Positions 57,525-64,000 of a stretch of 64,000 nt of DNA are shown one piece after another (position 1 is the stretch's first letter; the number at the start of each line of letters is the position of its first letter). Both the position numbers and the translations under genes were made by a program. The notes beneath the pieces were generated by a model. The model saw nothing but the letters and a program-made list of their open reading frames with translations. It was not told where the DNA came from and made no database searches. Where the stretch lies: the NCBI GenBank assembly GCA_041660745.1, contig JBAZVT010000002.1:15210-79209 (forward strand), given 5' to 3'. The stretch comes from Minisyncoccota bacterium (lineage in GTDB: Bacteria; Patescibacteriota; Minisyncoccia; Phycocordibacterales; JBAZVT01).

Positions 57525-58721
57525 TTATAGCGTATCTCTAATATGTAGTGCAAAGTATACTGCACCAATCATACAGGCGCCCAGGACGAGGAATCCATGT
57601 CCCAGATTTGTGACGAGGAGTGTAGTGGAAACAATGATGGGGGTGATAATATATGAAACAGGCCTCATCATACGGAAGAGACTGATTTTGTTACTTTCTT
57701 CGGGTTTAATTTTTTTGAAGAAATAGCTTTCGGTACATATCTCCACAATACTTGCTCCTGTGCGTGTTAGGAATAAAAGTATCGCCCAGACAGCAACTCC
57801 TGTCGTTGTGGGAAACGCCAGGGCCATTGAAGAGAATGCAATGATAATGAACCCGACAATAAGCATTTCTTTTTCTCCAAGCACATTATCTGCGAGCCAT
57901 CCAACAGGCAATTCAAAAATAAGAAATGGAATAAGCATGATTGAAAATACAATGCCGATTGCTGCCCAACTCATACCTATGTGCTCATGCAAATAGACTG
58001 GAGTGTAGATGACCATCCACGCATAAAAGAATTGTAAGAAAAAGTTTGCAATGGTGATGTTTCGGAGATCCTTGGTTTTCCAGGTAGAGCGGATTGTTTC
58101 AATGAGTCGGATGTCGTTGTAAGGCAGATCTTTGAAAGTTTTGAACTCAACCCTGAGTAGTAAAAGCATGGGGATGAGCGCAACACCGGCAAGAGCAAAT
58201 ATCTTCCAATAGTCACTGTCAGTAGTAATTAGTAATCCAGATATAAATGGGGTGCAAATCAATGCAAAATTTCCCATTGTAAAATATAGCGCATGGATTT
58301 TACCCATGTTTGGATTTTCGGTAGAGGTTTTGGATTGGGAGTACTTTTCTAAGAATTCATCCAAGTTAAGAAACAGAACCGATAGAATTGCTTGTTGAGC
58401 AATGAAAGCAACTGCGATTGTTGCGAAGGAATTTCCAAATATAAGTCCTGTAACGCAGAGTGCTTCTCCAAATATTGCAAAAAGCATTGTTTTATAGTTT
58501 CCCAATGAGCGTATGATCTTTGGGAAATAAATATAAAAGAAAATACTGAGTATTGATCCAGCGGTATAGAGAAAACCAATAGTCCTGTCCGAAGCAAATT
58601 TATTGAGAAATGATGAGTTTATAAATAACGGAAGGTAGCTGTGAAGTGACAAAAAGAGCATGAGGAGATATACCATCTCAAGCATTTTATTGCGTTTAAC
58701 CGCGCGAAGTATTGTGTGCAT
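57525..58721 (-). CDS. MFS transporter
   Basis: About 12 TM helices; GWLADNVLGEK loop motif. Confidence 0.85.
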   Translation of the reverse strand: MHTILRAVKRNKMLEMVYLLMLFLSLHSYLPLFINSSFLNKFASDRTIGFLYTAGSILSIFFYIYFPKIIRSLGNYKTMLFAIFGEALCVTGLIFGNSFATIAVAFIAQQAILSVLFLNLDEFLEKYSQSKTSTENPNMGKIHALYFTMGNFALICTPFISGLLITTDSDYWKIFALAGVALIPMLLLLRVEFKTFKDLPYNDIRLIETIRSTWKTKDLRNITIANFFLQFFYAWMVIYTPVYLHEHIGMSWAAIGIVFSIMLIPFLIFELPVGWLADNVLGEKEMLIVGFIIIAFSSMALAFPTTTGVAVWAILLFLTRTGASIVEICTESYFFKKIKPEESNKISLFRMMRPVSYIITPIIVSTTLLVTNLGHGFLVLGACMIGAVYFALHIRDTL

Positions 58722-58820
58722 AGGCAATATTATAGCAGGAAAGCTTACAAAGCTGAAAGCTGTACACATATAAGAAACGGCGCCCTCTGGACGCCGTTTC
58801 TTTCCTTTTGTCTATATTAT

Positions 58821-60806
58821 TTACACTCCCAACACGACTGGTATAACAATAGGTTTCTTGGCTGTTTGCTGGAAGAGGAAACGGCTGATAGCTTCAGTGA
58901 TTGCCTCTTTTACAAAATCAAAGTTGATTGGATTCATTCCTGCGGTCTCGTCTTCGATTGTTTTCTTGATGATGAGACGAGCTTGTTGTAAGAGATCTTG
59001 AGATTCGCGTAGATAGACGAAACCTCGGGAAATGATATCTGGAGACTTGCGAAGCTTGCCAGTCTTTAGGTTGATTGTTGCAATGATGACAAACATGCCT
59101 TCTTCTGCAAGCATTTTTCTATCACGAATAACAACCTCCTGGATGTCGCCAATAGAGAAACCGTCAACCATCATAGGTGACGATGAGGCTTTTTGTTTTA
59201 ATCGAACAATGCGTTCGCCATTGTTTTGGATTTCTATGATTGTGCCGTCGTCAGGAACGATGATATTTTTCTCTGGGAATCCGAGGTTCTGTATTGCTTC
59301 GGCGTGAAGTCTTAGCATGTAGTGTGTACCATGGATAGGTACAAAGAATTTCGGATTGATTTTCTTGAACATCCATTCAAGTTCTCCACGATTTCCGTGA
59401 CCTGATGAGTGAATGAATACTTCTGATGTTCTATAGTGAATAATACGTGCTCCTTGGCGCGCAAGGTTGTCTTTAAGTTTCTGAACAGTTTTCTCGTTAC
59501 CAGGAATTATGGATGAGGAGAGAAGAACGGTATCACCTTTGCGAAGCTTAAAATATTTGTGGGATTTCGTGGCAATACGCATTAATGCTGCAAACTCTTC
59601 TCCTTGGGCACCGGTGGTAAGGGCAATGATGCGATCAGCGGGGTAGTTCTCAACTTCCTCTGCAGCGATAATAGTATCTTTTTTAATATTGAGCATGCCA
59701 ATATGAAGAGCAACCTCGATGTTGTTTTTCATACTGCGTCCTTCTACGATAACTTTCTTACCATACTTTTCTGCAATTTCAATAATCTTGATGACGCGTT
59801 CAAGTTGTGATGCGAAGGTACCTATGATCAAACGTCCTTTGATGTTTTTTATAATCTCATCAAGGTTTTCGTGAACGATACGTTCTGGTGTTGAAAATCC
59901 AGGGTTCTCCACATTGGTGGAATCATTCATCATAAGTAACACATTCATATCCTTGAAACGTGCGTATTCTTTTTCTTCTGCTTCTGTAGGGATACCATCG
60001 TAGTGATCGAGCTTTGGATCTCCTGGTTCCACGATTGCACCTAATGGGGTATGAACAACAACGCCCATAGAATCAGGAATGGTGTGACTGACAGAAAAGA
60101 AACTCACTTTCATTGTGTCGCTAATTCGAACGGTATCTTCTTTTTCTACAACATGGATATTGAGTGCTGCAACGTGAGGAAATTCTTCCTGACGTTTCTT
60201 TATCATGATTGTGGTGAGTGCGCGGGAATAGATTGGTGGATTACCAATACGATCCATGATGTAAGGGATGGCGCCAATATGGTCTAAGTGACCGTGTGTA
60301 ATGAATATTGCACGAACCTTGTCTTTTCGTTCTTCTAAATATTTCGTGTTTGGTAAAATATAATCAATACCAGGCGTATCGTCTTCTTTGAACTGGAAGC
60401 CCATATCGATTACGACAATGTCGTTCTTGTATTCAATGGCATACATGTTACGTCCAATCTCTTCTACTCCTCCAAGTGGAATAACACGAATTGTGTCGGT
60501 GGCCATGGGGGGGATCTTTTCATCTTCTTTCTTGTCTGGAGAAACATGCATTTTGTCAGTAGGCTGCCATGTTAAGTTTTGGCGTGAACCATTGCCTCCG
60601 TGTGAGGAAGGCCTGTTGCCCCGAGGACTCATACCAGTGGAGTGCGTTTTTCCTGGCGTAAATTTACGATCATGTGAAAATTTACGGAAGGGAGGATTAC
60701 CCGCTGGTTTTTGACTGGGGGTTTTTTGTGAATTGTTATGAGAAGAGTCAGCGGGATCTTTTTGGATAGCACTGAAACTTATCGGTCCTTTGTTTTTGTT
60801 ATACAT
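58821..60806 (-). CDS. rnj: Ribonuclease J
   Basis: PLGGVEEIGRNM, THGHLDHIG, HSSGH, PIHG, SRGFVY; about 100-aa N-terminal low-complexity extension. Confidence 0.95.
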   Translation of the reverse strand: MYNKNKGPISFSAIQKDPADSSHNNSQKTPSQKPAGNPPFRKFSHDRKFTPGKTHSTGMSPRGNRPSSHGGNGSRQNLTWQPTDKMHVSPDKKEDEKIPPMATDTIRVIPLGGVEEIGRNMYAIEYKNDIVVIDMGFQFKEDDTPGIDYILPNTKYLEERKDKVRAIFITHGHLDHIGAIPYIMDRIGNPPIYSRALTTIMIKKRQEEFPHVAALNIHVVEKEDTVRISDTMKVSFFSVSHTIPDSMGVVVHTPLGAIVEPGDPKLDHYDGIPTEAEEKEYARFKDMNVLLMMNDSTNVENPGFSTPERIVHENLDEIIKNIKGRLIIGTFASQLERVIKIIEIAEKYGKKVIVEGRSMKNNIEVALHIGMLNIKKDTIIAAEEVENYPADRIIALTTGAQGEEFAALMRIATKSHKYFKLRKGDTVLLSSSIIPGNEKTVQKLKDNLARQGARIIHYRTSEVFIHSSGHGNRGELEWMFKKINPKFFVPIHGTHYMLRLHAEAIQNLGFPEKNIIVPDDGTIIEIQNNGERIVRLKQKASSSPMMVDGFSIGDIQEVVIRDRKMLAEEGMFVIIATINLKTGKLRKSPDIISRGFVYLRESQDLLQQARLIIKKTIEDETAGMNPINFDFVKEAITEAISRFLFQQTAKKPIVIPVVLGV

Positions 60807-60857
60807 AATAATAGTTTGTTAATAATTTACTTAGAGTCTATAAAATTTCACTGACCC

Positions 60858-62642
60858 TTATTTTTGTCCAATAATTTTTTCTTTATCTGCAAATATTTTC
60901 CACACAGTATCGGTTTGTATAAACCAGTCTGAAATGGATGCAAATCGTTCTGAAGGAAGAGTAATTTTGCCAATATTTGAGCCTTGTATTTTCTTCGGCA
61001 TTATATATATAAAGTCGGGAGAATATATGAACACAGCTGGGTTATCTTTTGCAATTTCCTTTTCAAACTTCTTATAAATAGCAATTAATTCTTCCGAATC
61101 ACTCGTCTGTCTTGCTTGCTCAAGAAGTTTGTCGGCTGCTAAGTTCACATACATGGCAACATTGAGTCCGGGACTATTGCGTTGAGACGAATGCCAGAAT
61201 GCATAGAGATCTAAATCACGCCCCACAACTTCTCCAAACAATAACGCGTCATATTTTCGTGGAGTAATGATATCTTGTTGAAGATTGCCAATTTCATAGA
61301 CGGTCACATTAACCTTTGCGCCAACTTTTTCCCACGTCTCTTTTATTATTCCAGCAACTTTTTTTAAATCTGGGATGTCGGGAGTAGTGATGTCGAGCTG
61401 TAAAGCAATCTGTTTTTTATTGACGGTTTTTTTCATGAGACCATCGGTAGTATCAACTTTCCATCCTGCATCAGCAAGGATTTTTTTTGCATCAGCAATT
61501 CTGTCTGTTGTGGAGGCGCTCGTTTCAGCAATATCTATATCTATAAGTCCTGGAGGAATTGGACCGTCAGCACTTTCTCCATATCCAAGCAAGACATCTT
61601 GCACGATTTTTTCTCTATCAAGACTTACCTCAAATGCTTGGCGAACTTCTTTGTTTGCAAGAACTGGGGATTTGTTTTGGTTGAAAAAGACTCCGAAGAT
61701 TCGGGGGAGAGGTGTGACATTAATATTTCCGTTGTATTTTTTTAACTCCTCAGCTTTGGCTGGGGAAATACCACCTAAACTATCGATGTCTCCATTCTTG
61801 TATGCTGAAACAGCATCCTCCTCGTTTTGATAAAAGTATATTTCAAGCGTACTGATATGTGCTGTATCGTGAACATATTTTGCAAATGGTTTCAGTGTAT
61901 ATGATGTCGGTACGTCCTTTTCTCTGGCGATACTCTTGATCATATATGGTCCTGAACCAATAGGTGAAATGTTGTAACTCGAGAGAGGAAATGCATCAAT
62001 AGAAACATCTTTCCAAATATGTTTTGGGAGAATACCTAGTGTGAGGTTTGTGAGAAAGGGCGCATATGGTAATTTTTCTGGTGTAGTGAATTGAATCTCT
62101 TTTTCACTAACTATATTTACGATAACCTTGTCCCAGTTTGCACGTCGAGGACTTTTTACTGCGCTATCTTGAATCTTGTGGATTGTGAATTCAATATCGT
62201 CGGTAGTCAGGGGTGTACCATCATGGAAGGTGAGGTTGTCCTTCAAAATAAAAGTATATGTTTTGCCGTCTGTTGAAACGGAGTAGCTCGCTGCTAGGTC
62301 GGTTGTAAGTCCACCTTTAGGATCTGGTTTTAGGAGACCAGAATATATAAGTGCAGAAAGATCTCTGTCTGCTTCGGTAATTGTAAAAATAGGGTTAATG
62401 AAATGTGCGGGTGCACTGATAATGCCTTCTCGCAGTGTTCCGCCATGCGTAGGAATGGTTACCATGTAGTTGCGACTCATAAAAAAAGTAAGTAGAAGGG
62501 CACTTAGGCAGAGGAGGGTGGCAAAGGTGTAAAAAGCAAACTTTTCGGTGATTGAAAATGAGCCGATTGTTTTTATTATTTTTTGAGAACCGGGAAAATT
62601 GAAATGCGTCCCAAGTATAGAGAGAATTTTATTTTTATTCAC
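60858..62642 (-). CDS. ABC peptide-binding protein (SBP family 5), membrane-anchored
   Basis: GGTLREG, YTF.LK...FHDG.P.T.DD, PIGSGPY; GTG start. Confidence 0.88.
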   Translation of the reverse strand: MNKNKILSILGTHFNFPGSQKIIKTIGSFSITEKFAFYTFATLLCLSALLLTFFMSRNYMVTIPTHGGTLREGIISAPAHFINPIFTITEADRDLSALIYSGLLKPDPKGGLTTDLAASYSVSTDGKTYTFILKDNLTFHDGTPLTTDDIEFTIHKIQDSAVKSPRRANWDKVIVNIVSEKEIQFTTPEKLPYAPFLTNLTLGILPKHIWKDVSIDAFPLSSYNISPIGSGPYMIKSIAREKDVPTSYTLKPFAKYVHDTAHISTLEIYFYQNEEDAVSAYKNGDIDSLGGISPAKAEELKKYNGNINVTPLPRIFGVFFNQNKSPVLANKEVRQAFEVSLDREKIVQDVLLGYGESADGPIPPGLIDIDIAETSASTTDRIADAKKILADAGWKVDTTDGLMKKTVNKKQIALQLDITTPDIPDLKKVAGIIKETWEKVGAKVNVTVYEIGNLQQDIITPRKYDALLFGEVVGRDLDLYAFWHSSQRNSPGLNVAMYVNLAADKLLEQARQTSDSEELIAIYKKFEKEIAKDNPAVFIYSPDFIYIMPKKIQGSNIGKITLPSERFASISDWFIQTDTVWKIFADKEKIIGQK

Positions 62643-62691
62643 GGGGAGTTGGAGATATCAGTGTATTGAAATGACACTGATATTGAAATTA

Positions 62692-62875
62692 AGAGTCTGC
62701 TTATAATCTAATCGCAAAATATATTATGGAAACTTGCTTGTCTGCTCACTCTTCTAAATTTTGGCTGCAAATCACTCACTCCTCCTCAACAGACTTATGT
62801 ATGCTTCGTTGGATTTCGTGATTTTCGCTCAAAATCTAGAAGACTGAACTAGACATTAGATTCTTCGCAGCCTCT
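62692..62875. repeat. MITE/REP-like palindromic element, copy 2
   Basis: Shares ATAATCTAA, CTTGTCTG, AAATTT(C/T)GGCTGCAAA, TTTTCGCTC and AGACATTAGATT with 17161-17344. Confidence 0.75.
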
Positions 62876-62896
62876 AAAACGAATAATAACGCGGGG

Positions 62897-63130
62897 TTAT
62901 CTCGTGATTATAGATACAAGAGATGCTGCCGCAAACAAGATTGCGATAATGATTGTTGCAATGAAAATGACTTTGTCAAAACCACGACGGGTGCGGAAAC
63001 CTGCAGAAGAGCCGTCTGATCCAAATGAAGAACCGAGCCCTGCCTCAGATGTCTGTATCAAAACAGCCACCACGAGAAGTGCTGATAGAACGAGCTGTAT
63101 ATATGGCAATAAGTTCAGGATCGATGTCAT
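62897..63130 (-). CDS. secG: Preprotein translocase subunit SecG
   Basis: Two TMs, VLIQ...AGLGSSFG...TRRGFDK. Confidence 0.9.
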   Translation of the reverse strand: MTSILNLLPYIQLVLSALLVVAVLIQTSEAGLGSSFGSDGSSAGFRTRRGFDKVIFIATIIIAILFAAASLVSIITR

Positions 63131-63263
63131 TTGAAGTATATGCTAGCACAGGATACTGAGTCGGGCAAGTAGGTGTTGTGTGTGGGTGTTGATAGTAAAA
63201 AACAGGAAATGAAAATCAAATGCGCTTTTTGAGTGCTGTTTTGTATGGTATAGTCTTTCTATT

Positions 63264-63336
63264 GTCCCCGTAGTTAAATGGATTATAACAGTCCCGTCCT
63301 AAGGGATAGTTGTCAGTTCGATTCTGGCCGGGGACA
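63264..63336 (+). tRNA. tRNA-Arg(CCT)
   Basis: GTCCCCG...GTTAAATGGATTATAAC...GTCCC-GTCCTAA-GGGAT...AGTTCGATTCT...CGGGGAC-A. Confidence 0.88.
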
Positions 63337-63544
63337 CATGAGCGCAGTGAATGTGCTCCGAGAAAAGCTCCGGGGGAGCTTTGTGCCAGAATCGAAGCCT
63401 GCTTGAGATTTTCTTGAGTGACTACAGTGGGTGGTGCCGTTCTCAGGCACCATTTACTATAGTTACCCGCGAGCGGTATCTGCACGAAAAAGAAAATCCA
63501 AGTAGGGTACTGAAACTGTAAGTTTCGATTCTGGCCGGGGACAC
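63337..63544 (+). repeat. tRNA-3'-associated element (Arg)
   Basis: TTCGATTCTGGCCGGGGACAC at 63317 and 63524; antisense TGTGCTCCG [hairpin] GCCAGAATCGAA. Confidence 0.85.
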
Positions 63545-63564
63545 CCGTGATATAATAATTACCT

Positions 63565-64000
63565 ATGAATCCAAAAATTCTCATCGCACAACCAGAAGCA
63601 GAGTATGAACTTCTTGATTCTGGAGAAAATGAAAAACTTGAACGATATGGTTCGGTAGTTTTGTCTCGCCCGGATCCACAGGCTTTGTGGAGGCGGTCTC
63701 TACCTCATGCAGAATGGATAAAGGCATCTGCAAAGTTTGAGCGTGGTTCACGAGATGGTTATGGTGCGTGGAAGCTTGGGGCAGAAACTCCTAAGCGTTG
63801 GAATATTTCATATGGAGGATTGAAATTTGTAGTAAAGCCGAGCGCTTTCAAACACACAGGTATTTTTCCAGAGCATGCTCCAAACTGGCAATGGATTCGT
63901 GAAAAAATATCTGAGGCCGGTAGAGAAGTGTCCGTGTTGAATTTATTTGGGTACACAGGAGGCGCATCACTCGCGGCTGCACAGGCGGGGGCAAAGGTGT
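63565..64000 (+). CDS. SAM-dependent (rRNA) methyltransferase, RlmI/YwbD-like, truncated by window end
   Basis: YELLDSG..EKLERYG..LSRPDPQALW, FKHTGIFPE, VLNLFGYTGGAS. Confidence 0.85.
   Translation, partial: MNPKILIAQPEAEYELLDSGENEKLERYGSVVLSRPDPQALWRRSLPHAEWIKASAKFERGSRDGYGAWKLGAETPKRWNISYGGLKFVVKPSAFKHTGIFPEHAPNWQWIREKISEAGREVSVLNLFGYTGGASLAAAQAGAKV

Noticed and set aside
63216-63584. 122-aa minus-strand ORF with repeated VPGQNR
   Set aside because: Antisense shadow of tRNA-Arg and its duplicated 3' end.

Overview
About 64 kb of a small-genome bacterium with the hallmarks of Patescibacteria (CPR, Parcubacteria-like); this lineage call is an inference. TGA is used as a stop (code 11), most genes have AT-rich leaders without a Shine-Dalgarno, the tRNAs lack a fully encoded CCA, and most genes lie on the + strand. 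In order: a type IV pilin/prepilin peptidase cluster followed by three tandem modular fibre/adhesin-like genes; ligA-gatC-gatA; a 5-tRNA cluster; a CsoR-CopA copper operon; prfB, ftsEX, pyrG, msrAB, an ABC exporter and lexA with an SOS-type operator; a tRNA-Gln-adjacent islet (single-polypeptide restriction-modification enzyme plus DinD); many small accessory genes; a DEAD-box helicase, rsmG, RNase J, a peptide-binding protein, secG and tRNA-Arg. The most striking unexplained signal is a family of 130-207 bp structured elements at the 3' end of 5 of the 7 tRNAs. Each carries an antisense copy and then a direct copy of its own host tRNA's 3' end around shared core hairpins. Related palindromic elements with locus-specific inverted flanks occur elsewhere, including one inserted in frame at a prepilin cleavage site. 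Several promoter-bearing structured ncRNA candidates are also present. All calls were made by eye from motifs; no database searches were run.
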